DNA of 62,583 bases, the filler included, from Globobulimina sp. (lineage: Eukaryota): NCBI GenBank assembly GCA_003354225.1. It is 24 parts of 24 records of this genome, joined end to end, with 100 filler letters (N's around TTAATTAATTAA, not from the genome) between each part and the next. Parts side by side here need not be neighbours in the genome. Positions count along the whole stretch, not along the records: positions 10,454 to 12,966 come from PIVH01006238.1; positions 13,067 to 15,579 come from PIVH01006239.1; positions 15,680 to 18,192 come from PIVH01006240.1; positions 18,293 to 20,805 come from PIVH01006241.1; positions 20,906 to 23,417 come from PIVH01006242.1; positions 23,518 to 26,029 come from PIVH01006243.1; 18 more parts are not named here. The stretch is one strand, 5' to 3'. Under the pieces are notes generated by a model. That model saw only the letters and a list, made by a program, of their open reading frames with translations, was not told the DNA's origin and did no database searches. Made by a program: the position numbers and the translations under genes. This document shows positions 12,312-24,044 of the stretch, piece after piece; position 1 is the stretch's first letter, and each line of letters begins with the position of its first letter.

Positions 12312-12586
12312 TCATTGTATTTTCATATCGATCCATATTGTACGTCTTTTAGTGTATCAATTTTCTTTTTTTTTAATTAAGTATAGATAGTTTTCGTGTT
12401 CAATCTTGCTGTTTTTTTTTTTGTGTGTCTCAGTTAATTAAATAAGTCAAATGTTTTTTGATCTTGATGTTATAAAACATAATCATGCATTCACATTTAT
12501 CCTTGCACGAATTAGTCGCAATGTTTGTAACCACTGACACAAGAACAATATTACAAAACACAAACAAACGGCTATAAAATATTAGT

Positions 12587-12966
12587 TTATATTTTATTGC
12601 TTATTATATCATTTATTACATTAACTAAGTCATTGATATTATTTTCTTTTGCAATTTGTAATTTTTGTTTCAATTCATTTATTATTTCATTATACCTATA
12701 TTTATTTAAATCATTTTCTTTATAAATATTCCAATTAAATAATGCCTGTATACCATTTAAACAAATAATAAATCCTTTTCTATTGCTACCAATATCAATA
12801 TTTGTAATGCAACGTTGATAAATCTCAATTAATATTTTAATATCTGAAATATAAAAAAATTCATTCAATTGTTGACCCATAACACATATTACAAAGTTGA
12901 TCAATAATCGAGTCGTTGCATCATTCCATCGCGTAATTTTAATTTCATTTATTAATTTAATATAAA
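12587..12966 (-). CDS. Hypothetical protein, C-terminal fragment
   Basis: Reading frame runs from near the contig edge; FFYISDIKILIEI motif; no confident family. Confidence 0.45.
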
Positions 12967-13422
12967 NNNNNNNNNNNNNNNNNNNNNNNNNNNNNNNNNN
13001 NNNNNNNNNNTTAATTAATTAANNNNNNNNNNNNNNNNNNNNNNNNNNNNNNNNNNNNNNNNNNNNATATTTTATTGATTTTTAGATTGCAATTCTGTGA
13101 ACGTGTGTTTCTAAAACGAACGTCGAAAAGGTTTAGCATCTGTTTTTCACAGTGGATTCGCACAATGGATTCGCACAATCAGCCAAATAAATTCATGTGC
13201 AGCTCGTTATTATTTGTTCACTCTATTTGGTCTGCACCATGCAATCAGATCGCATTATGAAGTGCAGTCACTACGAAGTTAAAACCAAGATTTATAAGAA
13301 AGAACAGAATTGAAAAAGATAAAACCAAACAAGAACAAGACAAAAAAAGAAAAGAAAAGAAAGAATTAAAAATAAAAAAAAATAATAATAATGTATGTAT
13401 GCAGTGACAGTCTGTTAATGAC

Positions 13423-15151
13423 TTAAGGTTTAAAAATGTTTGGAGCAATGTATCGTGGTCGAAATCCTTGAATTTTACAATCTTTATTTGAAATTACGAA
13501 ACGTTGCCATCGTGCTTCATATTCATGGAAACATAACCAATATTTTCTCCATTCATCCATCATATTTGTTTTTCCATTCTTATCATCAACTTGTAACGGT
13601 TCAAAATTGAATGGCAACATCGATTTACAAAACATGAATTCCAAAATAAAATTCTTCATTTTTGCAGCTCCCATCACATCAATCATGCATTCAACACATT
13701 CTTTGACTGTTTCAATCTCAATTTCATCACATTCAATGACATTCAATTTAATACTAAATTCTTTACGTTGCAATGCAAAAATATTTGATTCATTCATTAT
13801 GTCTTTAATCATAACAACAGCTGTTTCCATATCATCATATAAACAGTCAAACTCTACAAATTTCAAAAACGTCGATGTCTCAACCAACCGCAACAAAAAC
13901 ACTTTCAATTTATCCAAATCACAATCTCCAACATCTGATATATTATCAGCATCATAGCGGTTACGCACTTGAATAAGTTGTAAATGCGACATAGTTTTAA
14001 CTGCATCTGTCATATCATCGAAATATCCTCTTTGCAATTTAAGATCTTTTAATTTAGCAAAGCCCCTTTCACTGAGCAGTGCGAAGCTGATATGACATGA
14101 AAGCAAATCAAATGTTATTTTCATATAATACGTACCTAAATATTTGCTCATCAATGTTTTCGCCAATTTCTAAAGATTCCAATTGATGGCCATAAAAAGA
14201 GATTATTTTATGCACTATAAATGCATCATGACAGCCAACAGAACTAATCGCCTTCAATTTGTTCCACGATGTTTTAATGTCTTGATCCATTCCGTCGTCT
14301 TTCCATTCCTCGCCTTGCGTAAAACATATAGTGTCAAACATCAATATTTCCAGATTCACGAAAAGCTGCAAGAATTTAAACAAATTGGTTCTATCAATCG
14401 TCGTCTCTCCATTGACCCAGCCGACACCAAAGCTTTTACAACTGAGTGTTGTTATATTTTGCAATGGAATCAAATTATTTGCAGAGATAAATGCATTGAA
14501 TCCACAATACATTCCATTCAGTTCTAATTTGGTTAAATGACGCCATGGCACTGTATTAGTTTGGTTTACCTTCATATAATTAAGGAAGTAGCAGCCAGGA
14601 ACCGACAACATGCAAATTAATGAATACTTTTGTCTCAAAGCAGCATTTGTTGTGGGATATAGAGTGAAGTTATTGAATGGCAAAGAAATCTCAGCATGTT
14701 TCTCAATTTGTAGAATCTGTAAAGACGAAGGCACATTGCAAGAACTATAAATTTGCCGGTTGGATTGCTCAAATTTTATATATTCTTTGGTTCTCAAATA
14801 ACTACCAATTGCACCAATTAATTGGCATGGAAGTTGATCGATTTTTTCTGTTTTAGCTATTTCTTGATTCATATCATGATGAACATCCTCTGATTCTTGT
14901 GCGGTACTTGCAGCTGAATTGGAGGTGCTTTTCTTTCTGGAATTTATAATGTTTGTGACGTGTGCAGTAATTGTTGGGAGTTTGTAATTTTGGTTAGTTT
15001 CTGTCTGTTTTGTTTGATGAAAATAACAAAAAATTGACTGAGTAATTATATCTTTATCTAATAACATAATCCATTTTTGTTTGAATTGATTAAATTCAGC
15101 ATCTGACAAATCCTCGAGACTTGATCTGAACTGAATCAATTGTTTCAACAT
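13423..15151 (-). CDS. F-box-like/LRR-like protein
   Basis: IDQLPCQLIGAIGSYL F-box-like motif then LxxLxL repeats; 49-nt GT-AG intron 14087-14135 joins both ORFs in frame. Confidence 0.72.
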
Positions 15152-15364
15152 GGTTGGTCTCGAGTTTTTTTTCTTAAAATGTTGAATCTAAGATATTACA
15201 CAAAATAATTTAACCTGATATTATACAAAATTGATTGATTTGCAAAAAATCGAAAACATCTTCCCAAATTATTTTCAATCCTATCATCTTTGTGAGGAGT
15301 GAGGAAGGTCCTACCGCCTAGTATTAAAAGGACATAAGGCAGGTTGTACCTGCACAATACCAAT

Positions 15365-15579
15365 ATGTCTGAAGCCACAGCACAGGTCCGATGCCTATTA
15401 TATTTGTATAAGTATAACATGCATATTGTGGTTTATAATTATTAATTCAGGCACCAACAAGTGATAAATATCGAGAATCATGGATTATTGGTTCAAAATG
15501 TTTGGTGTATTCGGATGTAGCAAGTGAGTGGATATTGGGTGAAATAATTGAAATATTTATAGATGATGAGGGTGAATGG
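15365..15579 (+). CDS. N-terminus of a protein with a Tudor/SH3-like module (3' partial)
   Basis: MSEATAQ, intron 15386-15450, then APTSDKYRESWIIGSKCLVYSDVASEWILGEIIEIFIDDEGEW. Confidence 0.55.
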
Positions 15580-15679
15580 NNNNNNNNNNNNNNNNNNNNN
15601 NNNNNNNNNNNNNNNNNNNNNNNTTAATTAATTAANNNNNNNNNNNNNNNNNNNNNNNNNNNNNNNNNNNNNNNNNNNN

Positions 15680-16196
15680 TGCCTTTTTCGTGTAATTTGG
15701 ATTTGGCGATTTGTAACAATGTGTTTTTCACCTTGATGCCTTCCATGTATTTGTTTTTTTGTTCGATGAATTCCTGCATTTCTTCCTTGGCTTTCTCGCT
15801 GCAGATATTTGGACAGTGGCTGCGTGGATTGTTTTTTTCATCGGAACCATCGCAACAATCACATAATCCGTCGTTGACTAAGGAAGAATAAATGAATCGC
15901 CCTCGATAACCGAGGTTGGTGCACCAGAATTTGCCCTGATTACAGGCAGAGGTTCCTGGCTCATCGTCATTGGAATGGACACAATCGCAATAATCATCGT
16001 TGACGTATTTGAGTGGTATTTTTTTATCGGTTGCACCGCCACAATAAAAAAATGGATCTTTTGCTGAGTTGTATTTAGAGCACTCATCGGGGTGCACGCC
16101 CATGACATCACATCGTGATGGTTTGCATGTTATTTGGTGCAATAGAATACAACATAAAAAAAGCAGCGTCAGTGTAAATGTTGAGTTGGTCGACAT
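15680..16196 (-). CDS. PRKCSH: Glucosidase II beta subunit (PRKCSH-like), 3' partial
   Basis: Signal peptide; VNDDYCDC...DEPGTSAC.QGKFWCTN.G, VNDGLCDCCDGSDE, CPNIC. Confidence 0.92.
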
Positions 16197-16249
16197 GATA
16201 GGAAATATCAATTGTATGCTTAATTTTTATTGTTTTGTTATCATTGATC

Positions 16250-17895
16250 ATGGCAATGCAACTGCAAACGGAAGGATTAGACACAAAAGCATGGCTAAAA
16301 TCGCATTGTTTAGGACATTTGTTGGAGAAATTCGAAGAAGCCGAATTTACCATTGATGACTTGATTACTTGCAGTGAAGAATCAGTAAAGTATGTTTATA
16401 CCATTCATTACATTGCAAATAATGGCTAGCTTAATCTATTAATTATCAAAGTGCTATTTGTGGGCAATTTGCATTTAAACCAACAGATACAATTAAATTA
16501 AAAAAAGCATTGCGATTATTACCAAATGCAGAGATAAATAAATCAACAAAACCTCGAATTGTGACTGTTATAGTTGGTGCTGAAGAGCAACAGATATTAA
16601 ATAAATTATTACAGAAAAAAGAAATTCAGCATCAAAATATCAAACAAACACAACATGCAATGGATGGTTTGTTGCTGTATATGTTTGGATCTCTTATTGT
16701 TTTCTGTATAATATGTCGCATATAACAGAGCTGGAACGCAGTTATCTTATTTGTAATGAAACAGCCAATGACAAATACGATGAGATGCTATCCACACTGC
16801 AACAACATCGACAATATGTTTTAAAGCAAACAGATAAATTAAGAGATACAACACGACTTCAATTAAAAAACTGTATGGAAAAATTGAAAACCATAAATGA
16901 AGTAACCTCAAATATATTTGATACATGTCATGACATTGCAAAACAACACAATACAGCTTCAACGGTACGATTACAACAAATGAGAGATGTTGTCAGTCAG
17001 TACTCTGCTCATCAACAAAAAGAAGAAAAAGATTGTGTTCTGGATGCAACACGTTATGAACTAATGGTTGTGATTACATTCAATAGCAATGACTTTGCAG
17101 ACAATCTTAAATCTGTATCGGTTAAGTTTAGTGATAAACAAATTGAATTGAAAAACGATGAGATTCAGTTTAATCAATTTAAGGTATATAGTTTCCGTGT
17201 TTTATACAGATAAAAGATTGATGCATTTGTACACATATTTATTGGATATCATATTTCTCTGTGTGCAGATGCATCAATTTCATGCATAAAAACCGCATGC
17301 AATTAAACAATACCTGAAGGTAATGAAGTTTAGCACCAACTTTAGAAGCAATTTTGAGTTAAGTGAAGATGGGCAATGTGCAACTTCTAATTCTCGGAAG
17401 AAAAATGCGTATATATTAGCAAGTGCTGACCCTGTAAATTGTGGTGTTCATTGTTGGAGAATACAGACAAAGAGAGAGAAAGAAGGTGATTTTATAATGT
17501 GGGGAATAAGTGAGAAAAACCTTTTTGATGAAAAGTCTCGTAAAGTTGCATTTGGTATGGGTGGAGTCGTCGATAAATTTAATAAATCAAGACATTGGTA
17601 TACCGGCGGTCATAGTAGTGGTTATTATAAGTGTTATAATGCAATATCAAGGTTACATTTTAGGTTTAAAAGTGGTGAAATCGATATGTTTTTGGATATT
17701 GGTAAATGTCAGTTAAGATTTTGTGTGGTTGGATTATATGATGTTGAGCATGAAGCAAAAATGTGGAATTTGCCTCAACAAACATATGGCTGGGTTCCTC
17801 ATTTTAGTACAGATACACAAAATGTTCAATTGCGAATTGCAAAGATTGATCCGAATTTATACGGTAAACACATAAATAATGTGTTCACATCATAG
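16250..17895 (+). CDS. SAM domain, coiled coil and SPRY/B30.2-like protein
   Basis: WLKSHCLGHLLEKFEEAEFTIDDL (SAM); GVHCWRI...IMWGI...IDMFLDI...GWVPHF (SPRY-like); three GT-AG introns (first 16390-16451). Confidence 0.75.
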
Positions 17896-18292
17896 GAGTA
17901 GTGTTAGTGTCGGATTTTCATTTTGCAAGTGAGTGTTATGATGCTTGTATTGTAAAAAATGTCATTTATGTGTCTGATAAGTATACAGTTGGTTCATTTG
18001 CGCGTTGAAAGGCCATAAATCTCAAATCCATGACAATTTATGTGATAATAACCACCTGAATTCTTTCCTGTGATATATATTCTGAACATTGTATATGATT
18101 TATTACAATTTGAAATGTTCCATGAATGACATTGTTTTGCTGCATTAATTGTTGTATCATTTGTATGTTTTTTGAGAAGCTCCCAATTTGAGNNNNNNNN
18201 NNNNNNNNNNNNNNNNNNNNNNNNNNNNNNNNNNNNTTAATTAATTAANNNNNNNNNNNNNNNNNNNNNNNNNNNNNNNNNNNNNNNNNNNN

Positions 18293-18931
18293 TCGGTGAA
18301 TGCTAGGTTTGCTGTTACCGGAAATGCGGCGATTCTGGTTAACAATACCGTGCTGGTAATTCAATTCAAGGAATAGTTTCTTAATAGAAGCAGTTGTATG
18401 ATGAGGCGGAACAAAAGTGGCTGGATCATAAATATTATTGAGGGCTAATTGGGTGATATTCGAATTCGTCAGGTTATTTTCATTGAGCTTCTTTAAATTC
18501 GCCGACGTCAAAATCTCGCCGCACTTCTTCTTAAATTTCTTAATCGTACTAACGTCATAATCATGCACCAGTTTCATACAATTAAGTTCGACGAAGTTCG
18601 CTGCATAAACAATAAAATCATTATTGAGGCGTGATATGCGGATGTGTTTCCAATAAAGCTCTGCTAATTTGCATTGATCTGATTTTAATTTAAATAATTC
18701 TTTCACGACAGACTTAGTTAGACGGTCTGCGGTGTTACCTAATATAAAGTAATAGGACTTCTTCAGCTGGCGACTGTTGACTAATTTCGGTTGACATGAT
18801 TTACGGAGGCCAAATGTGTCTAAATGTTTCTGTTTGAATAATAATAAATTATTAATATGGTGAGTTAATCTTAATATTTTGACATAACATTTACGATATA
18901 ATTTGAGGATACGGAACATATTATCTGGCAA
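18293..18931 (-). CDS. Basic ORF resembling the N-terminus of a retroelement (Penelope-like) polyprotein; 3' partial
   Basis: ILRLTHHINNLLLFKQKHLDTFGL loosely matches the N-terminal H..FL..C....PxGL region; no RT domain is visible in the contig. Confidence 0.35.
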
Positions 18932-19092
18932 TAATGTTAATGGGTTAAAATCTGTTATTGGCTTAACAGTAAATGTGGTTCTGCACAGGTTTGCTTTCTA
19001 ATAGCGGTTCATCGAAAGGGATACATGAAGAATAACAATGATCCACGGATCGGGAGCATCTCAATACTTTGTGAAATAAAACCATCGTATTT

Positions 19093-19146
19093 GTCGATAG
19101 TATCTCACGGAAAAAGTCGATAGTATCTCACGGAAACCAGTCGATA
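19093..19146. repeat. Short direct repeat GTCGATAGTATCTCACGGAAA x2 plus partial third copy
   Basis: Copies at 19093 and 19116; GTCGATA at 19140. Confidence 0.9.
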
Positions 19147-19729
19147 AGAGCGATACTTCGGTTGCGAGGTAAATTGAATATATATATTTATTTTGATGGT
19201 GTTGGTTTCTAGAGATGGCTAAGTTGCGAATCAGTATATGTAAAAATTAAAGTGTAAAAAGTTTTTTGTTTTATAAAAACACAAAAACGAGACACTAAAA
19301 AGTATATCCTTTGAACAAAACACAAAAAAGGTTAAAAGTAATTGGAAACCAATGGAGAGAGATAAAAAATGAAAAATTAATACAAATATAATACGGAAAG
19401 TAAAAGAGTAAAAGAAAATTTATAAATAAACGTAAAATAAATGTATATCAAAGATAAATTGGAACCAATCAGGAATTTGGAAAGAGGAAAAATAATAATA
19501 TATAAATGTGTACAAAAACAAAAACAAGAATAAGATAATACAAAAGAAATGCAGATAAGGCCAAAACCAATAGTAATAATACAAATAAATTAATAAAATT
19601 AATGGATCAAAAGAAATGAATTAAAACAAATAAATGTGGCATATAGCAAATGCGATATAAAGCAAAATATTTTAGTGTATAAAGTAGATGTTATTTCTTT
19701 GTTTCCTACGGAATTATCTGGAAAAAAAG

Positions 19730-20805
19730 TTAAGTGTTTTCCTCTATACTTTGTGTTCTGACAATAATACGTTCCAATACATCACCATCATATTTTACTT
19801 TGTTATCGCGGCAAAATGCTGCATTTGGTAAATATATTCTGCTCATCGGACAGTTGTAGTTATCTCTAAACAAATTATCCACACATTTTAATTTTACCTT
19901 AGAATCAATATCATTGTAATAATCGAACTCAATACAGTCAGACTGCTCATATCCATCATCACCACATGGAGTATCTAATCCGAATCCTGTAAACATACAA
20001 CTAATCAGATTCACTTCTTTTGCATTTGATGAAATATGTATTGCTTCAAATGTCTCACATTTAAAACCATAAAAGTTACAATTTGCAGCACTGAGAACAC
20101 AATCCCTTCGTACCCAAATACCATTCGTTGCAGACATTATATCACAATTTTCCAGGAACAATCTACATTTTTCTTCCATGTTTATCCCAAAATCTACAGT
20201 TTTAATTTTAATATTTTTGAAATAAATATCGTTTCTAATTAGCGCATCCTATGTTGTATTAATACATTCTCTCCGCATCCTATGATTTGCAAAGATTTAT
20301 CAAAAATATAATCATGTTCATGATAATCTGCATCATAATATTTTCCATCATCAATTAATATTTTATCACCAGATTTTGCCGCATTCTGTGCATCTTTTAA
20401 ATTATTAATAGGTCCTTTATATTTTAATTCAATTTCTTTATCATTTAATTTTCTTCGTTTTTTATCAACAATCCAAGTCTCATTCTTTTCATTTTTATTT
20501 TTTTCTATTATTGATAGAAATTCTTGTTCTCTCTTTTTTGATTGTATCATTTTATTGTTTTTATAACATTTATGAAATGCATTACTAACTGCTTTAATAT
20601 TTGATGAATTATAATTATTAAAAGATGTAATATGTTGCATAATATCCATTGGTAATATTGTTTCAATTGATAATGACGAATAAAATATGTTTGATATATT
20701 ATTTAATGCTATTGTTTCAATCTGACTTTTTATGATATTTTTTATTATTTCCAATTCCATCAATTGTAACCTTGGAATAACATCATTGATTGATGTTGCT
20801 TCATC
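19730..20805 (-). pseudogene. F-box-like plus parallel beta-helix protein with a frameshift near 20250 (5' partial)
   Basis: ILPMDIMQHITSF; AKSGDKILIDDGKY...IFDKSLQIIGCGENV; continues in another frame as DALIRNDIYFKNIKI...LFLENC with no GT-AG intron explaining the shift. Confidence 0.65.
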
Positions 20806-20905
20806 NNNNNNNNNNNNNNNNNNNNNNNNNNNNNNNNNNNNNNNNNNNNTTAATTAATTAANNNNNNNNNNNNNNNNNNNNNNNNNNNNNNNNNNNNNNN
20901 NNNNN

Positions 20906-21966
20906 ATATTTGGTGCTGGAATTGCTGTTTTTTTTTGTCTCTGGTTATGGTCTATTACAAACTCCATGATTTGTTTGTCTTTGTTATGTTTATTCAAATC
21001 GCTGAAACAACAGCAACAACATTTGATGCAACCACAATTATTCAGTAATAATAACAATTTCGCGTAATCCTTGCAATTATGATCCAGCATCAAATACATG
21101 ATAAGTTGGACAACGACATAATCGATACTCCACGCAATTCCATAGTCAAACACATCTGTAACTATATGAATGTATACAGTTCCATTGATAAATATCTCTA
21201 CAATGAGGGTAAGAAATAATATTTTATTCAAATCCACATTAATTCGCTCCAATGCGGCTGTTGTTTTACTGTTACTGTTACTGTTACTGTTATTGTTATT
21301 GTTTACATTTTCATCGTTTTTAATTGCTTTTTTTAATTTAAACAATTGTTGAATATACAATCCAACAACGAACCAATCCCAGGTTACATACAATACAATG
21401 ACACTTAGTGTAGCAGTAACGAACGCGTCTATATTCACTGTGACACATCCATTTGGCACTGTGTGTATTTCCTGAAATATTAATGCAGAGATTACACTAA
21501 AAAATAAAATACAAACGCCGACGAAGTATAATATGTAAAATAAATATTTTGGATACGCAAATGTTTTCGATATTGCAGTGTTTGACCTGAAGTATATCTG
21601 TAATAGGGATAATTTAAAATAAATTAAAAATACTTTTGGCGAAGCGTATGCTGCCTTTGATAGTACCGAAGTATAAGGACAAATAACAGGTATTCTCTCA
21701 CATAAATATATTGCCACACAAATTGGCGACATATACAATGTTGCGGATGACCATATATTCAGTAATTTGTGTGAAACAGCGGAATTGGATGCTTTCTGTT
21801 TGTTGATATGATTCCGCCACAAAATAAATAATGTTGAAATGAAAGCAATTGATAATGATATTCTGAAAATCCAAACATACATTCTTGTCGCCAGTTGTCG
21901 GAAAACCTTGTTTGGAAAATCGATTGCGAGATCATTTTGTCTCTGACTGAAGTCTGAAGACAACAT
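20906..21966 (-). CDS. Orphan 7TM/GPCR-like protein (start 21966 or 21882; 3' partial)
   Basis: Seven hydrophobic segments and a Cys-rich tail. Confidence 0.75.
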
Positions 21967-23311
21967 GTTTCAATGTTACTGTTGTCGACACCGGTTGTTA
22001 AGAAGTTCATTCTCTAACAATCAATTGAAGAATAAAGGGAATCGTAGACGGTGTAAGAAATGTATTAGTGGCGTTGTAGTTGTATCTACTCCAATACAAC
22101 AACAATCAAATCGAAATACATCACGAAAGTCTGCACGAAACCTAAAATTACTCAACGGAATTAAGACAGAATTGAATGAAGCAGAATATATAATATTTAA
22201 GAATGCATTGAAAAAAATTCTATCTTTAAAACATTCCCACGATGCAAAATTATTCAAGCAACAAGTAATTAAACCATTTTATGAATTATTTAATGGAGCT
22301 GATCGAAATCAATATTTTGATAAATTAGCAAGATATGTTCCGCGTCAATTTGCTAATTGTTATTCAAATACCATTAATTACAATATTTTATTCAAATATG
22401 TAAAGAAAATATTAAATAATCAATATGATTATGGCACATTTAAAAATGCAATGACATCCATGCAATCATGTCAAAACAAAACAGAATTCAAAAATAATGT
22501 AATTGATCCATTATGGTTATTATTTAAACATCGTCAGCTCATTTTGAACAAATTGGGCAAATATATTCCATCCAGCTTTGCGGAATATTATTTACGTGAA
22601 ATTAGTTCAAAACAGAAAGAACAAGCATTGAACAACGAAATCCATGATTTAATGGAAAAAATTAAACAAAGTATGGATGAAAAAGAATATGAAATACTCA
22701 AACAAATATTAAATAATATCAAATTGGTTGCCAATGAAATAGGATTTAAACAATATGTGATGAAACCGTTACTATCGACATTTCCACCATATCACGAATG
22801 CAGACATATACTTACATCTTCTCTTAAATTCCAAGAATTTTATATCCCAGCTCAGTTCAGGGATATTTATCGTATTCAATTACAGCAAAATGCGAAAAAT
22901 GTGCATAATTTAGTATTTAATCGCATTTGTAACGGATTTAATGATAAATATGGTATATTTGCAGCATTGGGATTTATTGATGTTTGCAAATATGTAGATA
23001 TTCGGTTTACTGATAATTATGAATGGGATAAGGAAACGTTGCAAGATTATTCATTGTGTATCTTTGAAGACGAAGAGAAAGGAAATGAACATCTGAAAGA
23101 TTGCGGCGGTTTGCAATTAGAGTCATTGAGTGACGACGAATTGATAGATTTTGTACACACTGCAATGAGAAATAAATCGTATGACCTGGAAATATTTGAT
23201 AACCAGTCAAGAAAGTTAAAGTACAATCCATTACCGCCAAAATTACGCATGGTGAAGAGGCCAACACCTTGTTTATCATCGAGGTTGAACACGGTGGTAT
23301 CTTCACTCTGA
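21965..23311 (+). CDS. Stc1-like zinc finger plus three helical (harmonin-homology/PAH-like) repeats; C-terminus runs into foreign DNA
   Basis: CYCC...SFSNNQLKNKGNRRRCKKC; three repeats of the type K..L...EY..FK.A....VI.PL..LF...L..YIP..F. Confidence 0.6.
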   Translation: MFQCYCCRHRLLRSSFSNNQLKNKGNRRRCKKCISGVVVVSTPIQQQSNRNTSRKSARNLKLLNGIKTELNEAEYIIFKNALKKILSLKHSHDAKLFKQQVIKPFYELFNGADRNQYFDKLARYVPRQFANCYSNTINYNILFKYVKKILNNQYDYGTFKNAMTSMQSCQNKTEFKNNVIDPLWLLFKHRQLILNKLGKYIPSSFAEYYLREISSKQKEQALNNEIHDLMEKIKQSMDEKEYEILKQILNNIKLVANEIGFKQYVMKPLLSTFPPYHECRHILTSSLKFQEFYIPAQFRDIYRIQLQQNAKNVHNLVFNRICNGFNDKYGIFAALGFIDVCKYVDIRFTDNYEWDKETLQDYSLCIFEDEEKGNEHLKDCGGLQLESLSDDELIDFVHTAMRNKSYDLEIFDNQSRKLKYNPLPPKLRMVKRPTPCLSSRLNTVVSSL

Positions 23312-23417
23312 AAAATATTCCCCAGGAACACATGTCAGCGGTTCTGGCCGTTGATTGTCCAAACATGATGTTCCCTTACACTCGTCAAATCATAAGTCAA
23401 ATGTCTGTTGATGGCGG
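23227..23417 (+). CDS. secB: Bacterial protein-export chaperone SecB, internal fragment
   Basis: SITAKITHGEEANTLFIIEVEHGGIFTLKNIPQEHMSAVLAVDCPNMMFPYTRQIISQMSVDG matches the SecB pattern EVxxGGIF...CPxxxFPYxR; local rise in GC. Confidence 0.88.
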
Positions 23418-24044
23418 NNNNNNNNNNNNNNNNNNNNNNNNNNNNNNNNNNNNNNNNNNNNTTAATTAATTAANNNNNNNNNNNNNNNNNNNNNNNNNNN
23501 NNNNNNNNNNNNNNNNNCATCAGCAACTTCAAGATTTGGATCAGAATATACATTCAATCTATCTCCTGGATTTGAATGCGTTCAATATTTGCCACTTCAA
23601 CATAGTGATCAAGATAACAGATACGTTTTGGCCTTTTATCACCAACATGAAACAAAAGATTATTTCTCTGCTCATCGATACAGGAAATTTGATGATTTCT
23701 TCAATTCTCTCGGAAAAATGATCATTTGTAATATCATACACATTACACCATAAAATCAAGGAAAAAGTGATGACACATATACAATTCAAACTGTTTTTTT
23801 TGCTAATTCTCATGAAAATTATACATAATCTAGTAAGCAGAAAATGTGTATTTTTTTTTCGAAAAAAAACAAAAACTCAGCCAAACCTAAAAAAAAACCA
23901 TGACGCATTTGTGGTAAAGAACTGAGGCAATGTCATAGCTATAAGTAATTGCAAATGCAACAGAAATTACGTAATCATTTGAAAAAAAAGAAAGATAAAA
24001 TCAAAATTCAAATACGACGTACCCAAGCACAGAAATCCCATTAT

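Noticed and set aside
14087..14166. Frameshift between ORFs 13423-14166 and 14108-15151
   Set aside because: Explained by a 49-nt GT-AG intron.
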